Under the pieces are notes generated by a model, which did not search any database, was not told where the DNA came from, and saw nothing but the letters and a program-made list of their open reading frames with translations. A stretch of DNA of 63,203 nucleotides, filler included, from Dimorphilus gyrociliatus (lineage: Eukaryota; Animalia; Annelida), in assembly GCA_904063045.1 (NCBI GenBank). It is 6 parts of 6 records of this genome, joined end to end, with 100 filler letters (N's around TTAATTAATTAA, not from the genome) between each part and the next. Parts side by side here need not be neighbours in the genome. Positions count along the whole stretch, not along the records: positions 1 to 10,034 come from CAJFCJ010000279.1; 5 more parts are not named here. The stretch is one strand, 5' to 3'. The translations under genes were made by a program, and so were the position numbers. Each line of letters starts with the position of its first letter. Within the stretch, counting starts at the first letter, position 1. This document shows, piece by piece, positions 1-10,134 of this stretch.

Positions 1-21
1 ACAGAAGGAAAAATAGTTTCT

Positions 22-339
22 ATGATTTTTATAATTATAATAAATCATTTATTATTTTATCATTTTTCAACTCAAGATATTATTTCTAATACTATTTCTT
101 TCTATTTTAAATATGAATTGGAATTTTCAATTACTGGTTTATTAGGTATTTCACATAGTGAAACAAATACAACTTATTTTTTGGGATACTCAGAAAAATT
201 TCAACCTGACTTACAAACTTTATGCAAAAGTTTTAATTATGATTCAATCAATTCTGAAATTATAAAACATCTTGCATATAATCAGATGAATGTGGCGAAG
301 AATATAAGCAAATATGATGAAAAATGTTGTCAATTGTAA
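22..339 (+). CDS. Possible 5' coding exon (hydrophobic N-terminus) of the downstream LDLa-LRR-GPCR gene
   Basis: 105-aa ORF with signal-peptide-like start and a few Cys. Same strand as, and upstream of, the receptor exons. Linkage not demonstrated. Confidence 0.3.
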   Translation: MIFIIIINHLLFYHFSTQDIISNTISFYFKYELEFSITGLLGISHSETNTTYFLGYSEKFQPDLQTLCKSFNYDSINSEIIKHLAYNQMNVAKNISKYDEKCCQL

Positions 340-840
340 TAATACATTTTCTCTACTTTTAACTGATAAAGGGATATCAATAATTTAATGGTGGTAAGGG
401 AAGAAATATATTTACAAACTTTTATTGATATCCCCAAGTTTTCGTATATAAAGTGAATGACAGGAGTATTTGACACTATAAATTTTGATAGGCCAACTTT
501 TAATTAATATTTAAAATTGTTTGTCTACTGAAAATTAGTATTTTTTGTCTAAATTTATATAGAAAAAGAGTTAAAAATTGACATAATATTGAAAAAATTT
601 AAGAAAATGATAATATTTTGTGAAAATTATTAGCAAAAATTTTTAATAATTTTCATAAGTTTTTTCTTTTTTTGGCTGTGCAACTTGTTTATTGGAACAT
701 TGAGTTGACATCTGGCTTGGCATGCAAATAGACTTCTTAAACAAAAATTTTTTCAACCTATTTTCTGTTTTTAGTTAAGTTCATTAGTTATTGAATATTC
801 AAAATTACTATATATAATTTATTTTGTATTTTTTTTAATT

Positions 841-1175
841 ATGGCATGGAGTAAAGATATTAGGGATCTTGTAATCAAAAAATATAGAGAAATAGGCAAA
901 TTAAGGGCAACAGCAAGAGTTTTAGGAATGGCACCATCATCAGTTAGTAACATCTTGAAATATAAGCAACCAGAACAAGACAATTGGGGCTGTCCAAAAA
1001 AGCTTTCAGACAGAGATAAACAGGATGAAAAAGATTGTGAAGAAATTGAAAGATAACAAGCAAAGAGTGACAGCAGAAAACTATAACTTCCTCATTGCGG
1101 AAGATGTTCTGCCTCTCATAGAAGAAATTGAGGCAAAAATGGACAGGCAGTACATCTTCCAGCAAGATAACGCTA
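841..1175 (+). mobile_element. Internally deleted Tc1/mariner-like transposase remnant
   Basis: N-terminal HTH-like MAWSKDIRDLV...RATARVLGMAPSSVSNIL, clearly paralogous to 39643-39894. After a frameshift it reads KQRVTAE and jumps to YNFLIAEDVLP...YIFQQDNA, the Tc1 second-Asp motif. Confidence 0.75.
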
Positions 1176-1276
1176 ATATTTCATATTTTATTTTAGGGGA
1201 AGTCAACATATCATACTATTTTTACTGAACTGTTCCAGAGAAATAAGTTAGATAAGAGGCCTACAATTTTACTAGT

Positions 1277-4200
1277 TATTTTTGCAAAATTTCAATCAAT
1301 TCTCTTCTTTCTCAAAATTCAGTAATTGAATGTAATGAAGCAAATTATAGTATTTTAATTTATGATACTTGCTATTATTTTTTTCAAACAATTGGAGGAG
1401 AGAAACCCATAGAAAAAATTGAAGAATTATGTAAAAAACAAAATTTAACATATAATGATATGCCTGGATCTGTATCTAATAATATTATTCCATTTTTACA
1501 CATAATGAGTGAATCATTCATAAAAAATTTCACAAAAAATTATAAATTTCAAAATGGTAATGATAAAGAAACATTCTTTTAAAGGTTATTAGTTAAAAAA
1601 ACATTTTTTTCTTTCAATTTTAGAGATTTATAGAAAAATTTTGAGGAAGAATGAAAAATCAGTTCAAATAACTAGCAATCTCTCAATGGTCAAAAAAATA
1701 AGGTGTTACTAGATATTAAATATTTGAAAAATCCATATAACTTCATATAAAAAAAAAAATAGAAATGTAATGATAACATTAAGAACAGAATGACAGCTTA
1801 CTATCTGTTTCTTAAATCTGGACTTACCAGGGAAGTGGCAGAGATCCCTTATGATTGTTTTCATCTTAAAATTCAGATATTCCCTGAAAGTCCTATGTTT
1901 CTTAAAAATGTTCTATTTATTAGTTGTGGAAAGGTGATGATGAGAAATTATATCTGTCTTAAACTACCAATTGTAAATGTAGTAAAAATAATTTCTGTTT
2001 ATACAATCAATTCAAAACTATTTCAAGAATTAAAAAGTGTTACTTTAAGAACTAAAGATAAATTTGACTGTCCACCAAAAGCTTTTCTTTGTAAATCTGA
2101 TGAACTTTGTATTGCTAGTGTCCATCTTTGTGATGGATATTATGATTGTCCTTCCAAAGAAGATGAAGAGAATTGCCCTAATATCCAATCTGATTACTTT
2201 CAGTGCTTTAATTCCTTTAAAAAAATTCATTATAATCATTTTTGCAACTTTATCTCTGATTGTTCAGATGGTTCTGATGAAATGTTTTGTGGTATGTACA
2301 TATTTTTGTTTTATAGATAATAATTCACTATTACAAATTATAAATAACAAAAGAAAGAGATGCTTGTGACAAAGAATATCTTAGGTATGGTTAATATAGA
2401 TAAAGAGAGATCAGAAAAAATCACTATAATTTTCAAAGGGATAGACATACAGAGAGAGAGAAAGATAATGAGTGAGTAATGGTGAAAGCGAGAGGTTGAA
2501 AGAGAGATAATGAGTAAGAAAAACAAGGAAAGAAAGTAGTTGAGATAGTAAATAAGAGAGGAAGGAGGATAGGTGATTTATGGAGAGAGCCAGACAGAGT
2601 AAAAGATAGAAAGACGGATTTTTCCAACTTTCTTGAAAAGGTTTAAATCCTTATATATCTAAAATAATCTTTGTATAAAATAGCAAATGTTCAAATGGGC
2701 AGTGTATATTAAACAGTTTTTTTGGAGATAATGAAAGAAATTGTTTTGATTCAAGTGATGAAGATTTTAACTATGTTTTGAAAAATAATCTTACTAACAG
2801 TAAAAATTTCAAGAAAGATTTGCTTTTGACAAAAATTAATTCTAATAATTTTCTATAGAAAATGAAATATATTGGTGTGATGGCAAAATAATTCATAAGG
2901 ATTCACTTTGTGATTTTAAAAAAGATTGTTCAACAGAGAAAGATGAGAATCAGGAAATCTGTACTTCATCTTCAAAATTAAAATCAATGATATACACTAC
3001 ATGCTTTGCAAATGTTTCAAGAAACACATGTAAAATAAAATATAATTCACTTGGTGAATTTAGAACAAAGCTACAATGGCCTTTCCTTGACCTTGGTCGC
3101 TGCAATTTAAACAAGTGTAATCTTGGAGAATATCTCTGCTATAGCAGATTTTGTATATCAATTGAACAATTTTGTGATGGCATAAAACATTGTTTCCATG
3201 GTGATGATGAATCTGACTGTGGTGACTATAAATTTCTAAATGTTTAAAACATAAATAAAGCAATGATGTTTTTCTGAAGAAAGTATAAAGATAAGTGGAT
3301 TTTTCAAATGCCAAAATGAAAATAGATTTCTACAACATGATAAAATTTGCAATAAGATTATTGATTGTCAATTTGGAACTGATGAAATGAATTGTATTAA
3401 ACTAGATAATTTTCCATCATATTGTACTCAGGAATATTCTTTTGATGTCAAATGTCATACACAGAGCAATTCTCAAATTTTAATATCATTTAACCAAACA
3501 TCAATTAAGAAACTATCACTCAACGGAAATTTTCAACTAGTACACATAAACTCATCTAAAAATTTAATATCATTGGAGATTTTAAATAGTAATATAGATA
3601 GCTTTAGTTTTAAAAATTTCCTAAATTTAGTATCAATTTCAATCAAAAATTCAAATTTTCAATTTGTAAAAAATGACTGTAAATCAAAAATATTACAATA
3701 TCTAAATTTATCCTTTAATCCAATAGAAAATGTACAAATTTTAGAAAATTTTCAATCAAAAGCATTGAAAGTTTTAGATATTTCATATACAAAAATTGAA
3801 TATTTAAATCTGAATACAACAAATACATTTAAAAATCTGTTGGTATTAAAACTTACAAACTGCAATATTAAAAATGTTGATGAATATTTTTTCAAGTTCT
3901 TCAAAAATCTTTTGGAATTACATTTAAATAATACAAACTATCCATCAAAACAATCATATTTTATTTCTAAAAATCTGATTAGAATTCAAAAAATTTATAA
4001 TACTCACTTTAAACTTTGTTGTTTTACTTGGAAACTAATGACAAGTAAAGTGTTATGCCTACCATCACCAAGAGGTTATGAAACATGTACAACCTTATTG
4101 AGTACATACTTAGTTAAAATTCTACTTTGGTTTTATGGATTAATTGGTATTGTAGCAAATCTGAGTGCAATAGCTATTTTTTGCTTTCAAACAAAAAAAT

Positions 4201-4761
4201 GCATCTTGTTTCAAGTTATTATGACAGTTGGAGATTTTTTAACATCAGTATATTTTATTATCATTGTAGCTGCAGATCTCTACTTTGGAATTAATTATAT
4301 AAATTTTGATGAAGATTGGAGATATGGTTATCCATGTAAAATGTTAGGTAACATTCTATCTTTTGCAATACTTCTTTCTGCTACCAGTTTACTATTAATG
4401 ACATTTCAAAAAAACTTATTTAATTTTAAATAATGGTGTTGGATTATCAATATTTCAAAAGGATTATTTAATAGTTATAATGTTAATACTCTTTTCACTC
4501 ATTCTATCAACACTTCCAAATATGCTTTATGAAAGATTTTACTCAAAAACTACAATTTGTTTTAATGCCTATATTAGAAAAGAAACTGTTGAAGGATGGT
4601 TTATATCTTTCTTCACATATGGCATACTATTCAGCATTTTTATCTTCATTATTATCTTTTGCTATATAAAAATTAGTATTTATTTTAAAAAATCACAAAA
4701 ATTATTAAAAAATTTAGGATGGAGTGGATCAAGTGGTCTTAACAAAGGAAATTTTGGTTAA
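1277..4761 (+). CDS. LDLa-LRR-rhodopsin-type GPCR (GRL101/LGR type C-like), frameshifted and truncated after TM5
   Basis: Five LDLa repeats (e.g. CPPKAFLCKSDELCIASVHLCDGYYDCPSKEDEENC; GFFKCQNENRFLQHDKICNKIIDCQFGTDEMNC) joined by phase-1 introns 2292-2858 and 3222-3279. Then LRRs (LQYLNLSFNPI, LKVLDISYTKI, LLVLKLTNCNI), hinge LCCF...CLP...CTTLL, TM1-3, a 1-nt shift at the A7 run 4408-4414, and TM4-5. A C-type-lectin-like segment (C..CYYFF..EELC) lies at about 1277-1580. Confidence 0.8.
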
Positions 4762-4791
4762 AATTAATCAACAAAATGTGAGTATTTCATC

Positions 4792-4830
4792 CAAAGAATA
4801 TATATTGAGTAAATGAGTTACATTACTGTA
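4792..4830 (-). mobile_element. Short remnant of the Gypsy LTR/leader family
   Basis: Reverse complement ctcatttactcaatatatattctttggatgaaatac closely matches about 40847-40880 and about 45899-45935. Confidence 0.5.
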
Positions 4831-4996
4831 CCAATTGTTAATTTAACATATATGTTTATTAAACTTGTGATATTGAAATCTATACTATACTGATATTATG
4901 TATATAGCCAATTATATAATCATACATTTATCTAAAAAATTAAAAGAATTAAAAATGAAATGAAAAGAAAAAGAGAATATGAAATGTAGGTAAAAT

Positions 4997-5030
4997 GGAT
5001 GCCACAGAAAATGTCCACAAATTCACAGAT
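4997..5030 (+). repeat. Solo MULE-C-type terminus
   Basis: ggatgccacaGAAAATGTCCACAAA has the same 10-nt offset and sub-repeat as intact ends, with CpG decayed to TpG. No partner end found. Confidence 0.4.
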
Positions 5031-5084
5031 TGGTGAAGTTGAAGTTTTTGGCAATTATTTAAGACACTCCGATCAGCAAAATAC

Positions 5085-5575
5085 TAATGTATTGTTACAC
5101 AAGCCAGTATGAGCATCTTCTGTTCATAGTTTTCGTTTCCCTCCTCAAAAACTAACAGATGGCTATATGACATTTTCTATCATTCTGCTGAAATAATAAA
5201 TACAAAACAATGGACAAGAATTGATATGCTTGCAACGTATACAATTTTTCAAATGGCAATTTTGAACAGAGATGAAAACTGTATAGTTTATTCAAAAATA
5301 TTATGATATATTATCAGTTATCTTATTATTCACCGTACACACAAGAGCAAGATATATCAATGGATTTGTGTCAACTTGTCAAGAATTTAGCCTAGATGAA
5401 CAACTTTCCTATTCTAAAAAATGCTTTAGCAATAACAAAAACTTTAACAGTGGAGAATATAGACTACGGGCTTGTGAAACACCATTTCCAGTTGGCTGAT
5501 TTACCATCCTATTTCTAGATATACTAGAGGTTATCAATATTATTGAAGTGGAAGCCTACGGCCAAGAAATTGTAA
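5085..5575 (+). pseudogene. Fucolectin (FTP)/F5-8 type C domain pseudogene
   Basis: Manual translation: HKPV*ASSVHS..PQKLTDG..QWTRIDM..IFQMAILNRDEN and INIIEVEAYG. In-frame TGA codons and a frameshift. Confidence 0.55.
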
Positions 5576-6892
5576 ATAATGATATGATTCTTTTACCAAT
5601 TGCGAAGTCTATATATAAAAGTCTATTTGGGTGACCTCTATTCTCCTGCTCTGGTGTTCTATATGTTTAGAGGTCAATTCAATAGGTTTTGCCTCAAAAA
5701 TCATGGAGAAGACGCCCAGGGCTTGAAGAAAATGTCCACTAGGGGGAGAAAATATTCAAAAAAAATTTGCTAACATATGCATTGTAATTATTAGCAACTA
5801 TGAATGCTATATTCTAAATGGCTGTATTTTCACTTATGTCCATATTCAATCATTTTGAATAGAAATTTGAATGCCTGCATTAAATACTCTTTCAATTCCT
5901 TAAAAATGAATAGGCAACTTGTCGTCTGAAATATTTTCATAAATAAAAAAGACAACATCTGTAGCACTCATTCTGAATATACTATGTTGTAGTGTACGTG
6001 TAGGAATTTCTGACTGCTCACCCCAGTAGTTTGGTTCAAATAGAACCTCAGGGTCAAGGAAAACTCGTCACTGGAAGAAAAGCATCCCTAAGGCTGACAT
6101 AGAATCTTGCAATCAGATAGCACAGGGATTGCCCACGGAATTGCCAGATTTTAGACAATTTGATAAATGTCATCTGGTGGAGACATTTGAAACAATTGTA
6201 TGAATATTCATTAAGATTATATCTATCAATTTCCTAACCTTTCATGTTCCCACATACTTGTTGGGATTACATTATCTTTTCTATAGTTGATAAGATTCCT
6301 GAATACACTTAGAAGCTTTCTCTTTGTCATCACGAAATATGCAATAAAATATTATCATTTTTAAGGAATTTTAAAAGATTATGGTTAGGTTTGGGTTATG
6401 GGTTTGGGTTGTGATTACAGCTGAGCTATTTCAGTATGGTGCTGGTAAGTTAGGTTCTGGTAAGAGCCTGTTTCTCTTAGGCAAAGCTATCTTACAGTTG
6501 GGTAGTTCGGTACCATCTACCCTAGAGGCAACATCTACTTCAACACTTCTACCATATAGTAAGTATCATTTATAAAATATCTATAAACTCTAGTTCATAA
6601 GTGTACACATAGTAAAAGTTTACATCTATCTGATTTCCATGATAAGTCCACAAAGCATATTTAAAATTGCAATGATATTCTCCTCTTTTCTTATTCAGTG
6701 GACATCTTACCTTTGAAAAATAGATGGAATGTAGATGATAAAAGACATTCTAACCTCCTCTAACATACCGTTATTAGTTTTGGAGAAATGTACAAAATGT
6801 TTCCACTATGTTTAACAATTGCAAGAACATCGGCTAGATTAACATCTTTACATGCCCTACAAAAACATAAACAACAATATATTATATAATAA

Positions 6893-7099
6893 GGGGCCGA
6901 CAGAAAACGTCCCCAAGTGAGATTTTTGAAAGCAAGATTTTGGATTGAAAAATGGTTAGCAGGAGTAAAGTAGCTTTTGATTTGTAGTTAGGAGGGTTCC
7001 ATCTAAGGGTTAGGGGTAATCAAAAAGGTTAGAGAGAGACAAGGGCTAGGTTAGGGTTAGGGTTAAATCATGCATTTGGGGACGTTTTCTGTCGTATCC
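6893..7099. mobile_element. MULE-family MITE (207 bp)
   Basis: Ends ggggccGACAGAAAACGTCCCCAA and (reverse complement) ggatacGACAGAAAACGTCCCCAA. Perfect 9-bp TSD ATATAATAA at 6884-6892 and 7100-7108. Interior homologous to 60713-60918. Confidence 0.9.
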
Positions 7100-7109
7100 A
7101 TATAATAAG

Positions 7110-7415
7110 AGTTTAAATAGAGTTGACATATAACACACTTGCAGAGAAGTCTCTAGAACAAGATCTCAGCTGGACAAAGCATTTCCAATACAGAATGTCC
7201 TGTTGAAATATTTTGTTAGGGTAAAAATGCAAAACAGGGGACGTTCTGTCCAGCATCCGACAGATGTTGATAACTTTATGGAGAAATGCTCTAAAATAGA
7301 AGTTTTTAATCTTCAAGGGAATAGCCTTAAAGAGATTGATTTTGCAAATATTTGCAAAAGACTCATTCAATCATCCGCTACTTTAAAGGTTTTAAATTGT
7401 GGTTGTTGTGAATAG
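7110..7415 (+). pseudogene. Degenerate RNI-like LRR fragment
   Basis: KCSKIEVFNLQGNSLKEIDFANICKRLIQSSATLKVLNCGCC resembles the LRR units of this locus; bounded by stops. Confidence 0.45.
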
Positions 7416-7596
7416 CCCATGCCAAAGATTGATAAAATGGGAAATTTATTGAGACATTGTAAGTAAATTACAGAGATTTGTTCGAAATCTTGTAAAAATA
7501 ATATTGATCCATTATTTGAATTTGAAGAATATGCACTTAGATATAATGATATATGAATACTTAGACTTTAGATATAAGGGTACATTAGAAAGACTT

Positions 7597-8190
7597 CTAT
7601 TTCGTAACAATTATAATTGTGGTACTTTAGAAAGAACTCTATTTTGTAAGAAATAGACTCTTTGACTGTAACAGTTGGTGGCTACTTGGAAATTAACAAA
7701 GGAACAAAGAACATGGAAAAGATGCAGGTCAAACACCAGATGCTGATGAGGCAGGCCTATTTGCAGTGGCAAATGTTTGACATGTGGCCCTAATCTTAGG
7801 ATAATATTTTATATGTGTGATATAACAGTCTTTCATATTTTTGAGAATTATAAGACTGTCAGATTTCAACTTTGAAATGTAACAGTTTCACAATGTACAT
7901 ATAACAAAGACATGAAAAACTATTCCATCACTTATGGCTAACATGTGGCACTGCAAAAACAAGTCTGCCTCTTCAGCATCTGTTTTTGAATAAGATGTAA
8001 CAAGTTTGACATGCATTTTTTCTATATTGTTTGTTCCATTGTTAATTCCATAACGGCACCATCTGTTATTGTCATAGAATCTACTTCGTATGAAAAAAAA
8101 GTCTTTTTAAAGTTCTAGAATCTAATTCTACCAAATAAAAGTCTTTCTAAAGCTCCACAATTATAATTTCTATGAAATAACAATTTTTTC
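7597..8190. repeat. Imperfect long inverted repeat (foldback/MITE-like)
   Basis: Arm about 7597-7790 aligns to the reverse complement of about 7940-8190 (e.g. aattataattgtggtactttagaaag vs aattataattgtggagctttagaaag; cagatgctgatgaggcag vs cagatgctgaagaggcag). Spacer about 150 bp. Confidence 0.75.
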
Positions 8191-8656
8191 AAAACTTCCA
8201 CCTAACCCTGTCTAGGAGCTGGGGTACAACCAGCACTGTTATAACTTGCAACTATATAAATAGCCTCCACTAACAGTAGAACAGAAGGGTGCCTAAAACA
8301 CAGCTTAAAAACAAACTCAGGCACCAAAGACTAGAAGCATATGTGATTTTTGATGGAACAAATTTTAATTTCAGTGACAGATATATTTGTTAAAAAACTA
8401 TAACTTGAAGAAACTACTAAAAAAAATATCGTGACAAAGAAGGTGACCACTACTTATCAGATAAGTGCAATATCAGTCTCATACAAATTATCAATTAAAC
8501 AATATGTATAACAAATGCATGCATTCACACATAACAGAAAAATACAACTGGCTTGAAGCAATCCTTTTATTGGTAAATTCGCATTTTTGTAAATTATGTA
8601 CTTATCACAGCTCATTACACTCAGTTACTCCACTAAAAAACAATTCAAGCCTGCCA

Positions 8657-10034
8657 TCAAACGCACAATGTGCTGGACCAAGCATCACAAACCTTGAAAA
8701 ATGATCTTTGACATTTTGAGATAATTTCTTTCCGATTTTTGGACCACAGAGAATATCCCACAAATACAATAACTCTGACTGAGGATTTGGCCAATTGCTT
8801 CACCAAAGAAAACAAATATACTATGCTGAAATTAACAGTTTGACAATAATGCGCTTTGAGACTTGAACAACGATCTTTGATATTTTGAAAATTTTTCTTC
8901 CCAATATCAGGACCCATTAGATTTCCTACAAATTCAGTTCCTCTTAATGGGATTTGACCCAGTTGCTTCGCCAATGGCCAGAACTACACTGTTGTCAAAT
9001 GAACAGTTTCACAAATAAAATGTTTTGAAATTTGAACAATGATCTATGATATTTTGAAATATTTTATTTACAATTTCAAGACCAAGTGGATTTTCCTCTA
9101 AGTTCAATTCCTGTAAATGAGGACTTGACCCAATTGCTTCACCAATCACCTCACCAATACTATGATCAAATGAACAGTTGGACAAACAAAGTATTTTGAG
9201 ATTTGAACAGTGATCTTTGATATTTTGAAATATTTTATATCCAATTTCTGAACCTAGGGGATTTTCTTGCAAATTAAGTTCCTCTAAATGAGGATTTGAC
9301 CCAATTGCTTCACCAATGACCACACCTATACTACTGTCAAATAAACAGTTTGACAAATAAAGTACTTTGAGATTTGAACAATGACCTTTAATATTTTGAA
9401 ATATTTTTTTTCCAATTTCTGAACCTAGGGGATTTTCCTGCAAATTGAGTTCCTCCAAATGAGGATTTGACCCAATTGCTTCACCAATGACCACACCTAT
9501 ACTACTATCAAATAAACATTTTGACAAATAAAGTGCTTTGAGATTTGAACAATGATCTTTTATATTTTCAAATACCTTCTTTCCAGTTTCTGGTCCAAGT
9601 GGATTTTCATCCAAATACAGTAACTCTAAATGAGGATTTGATGCAATTGCTTCACCAATCAGCCCACCAATACTACTGTCAAATGAACAGTTTGATAAAG
9701 CAAGTTTCTTCAAATTTGAACAATGATCTTTGATGTTTTGAAATAATTTATTTCCAATTTCTGGACCAAAATGATTTTCCTGCAAATTCAGTTTTTCAAT
9801 ATGGGGATTTAACCCAATTGCTTCACCAATGACTACACCTACACTACTGTTGAATAAACAGTTGGACAAATGAAGCGCTTTCAGATTTGAGCAATGCTCT
9901 TTGATATTTTGAAATATTATATTTCCAATATCTGGACCAAGTGGATTTTCCTGCAAATTAAGTACCTCTAAATGAGGATTTGACCCAATTGCTTCACCAA
10001 TGACCACACCTATACTACTGTCAAATAAACATTT
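8657..10034 (-). CDS. RNI-like LRR tract with 57-aa (171-nt) units, degenerate at its 3' end
   Basis: ORF 9009-10007 has about six units LKxLxLSNCxFDxSIGxVIGEAIGSNPHLEELNLQENPLGxEIGxKIFQNIKxHCSN. A TGA replaces the Ser codon at 9009-9011, and frameshifted similar sequence continues to about 8660. The 5' end abuts a gap. Confidence 0.8.
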
Positions 10035-10134
10035 NNNNNNNNNNNNNNNNNNNNNNNNNNNNNNNNNNNNNNNNNNNNTTAATTAATTAANNNNNNNNNN
10101 NNNNNNNNNNNNNNNNNNNNNNNNNNNNNNNNNN
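10035..10134. other. Artificial assembly gap with six-frame-stop linker (same at 32989-33088, 39543-39642, 51883-51982, 59897-59996)
   Basis: Each is exactly 44 N + TTAATTAATTAA + 44 N. Confidence 0.97.

Noticed and set aside
2395-2625. GA-rich purine tract
   Set aside because: Low-complexity sequence within the 2292-2858 intron; its ORFs (2338-2526, 2433-2627) are compositional.
6040-6210. Weak LRR-like words (HLSNCL) on the minus strand
   Set aside because: A single short match among stops; insufficient.
10079-10090. Palindromic TTAATTAATTAA recurring five times
   Set aside because: Always centred in exactly 100-nt N gaps; an artificial six-frame-stop linker, not biology.
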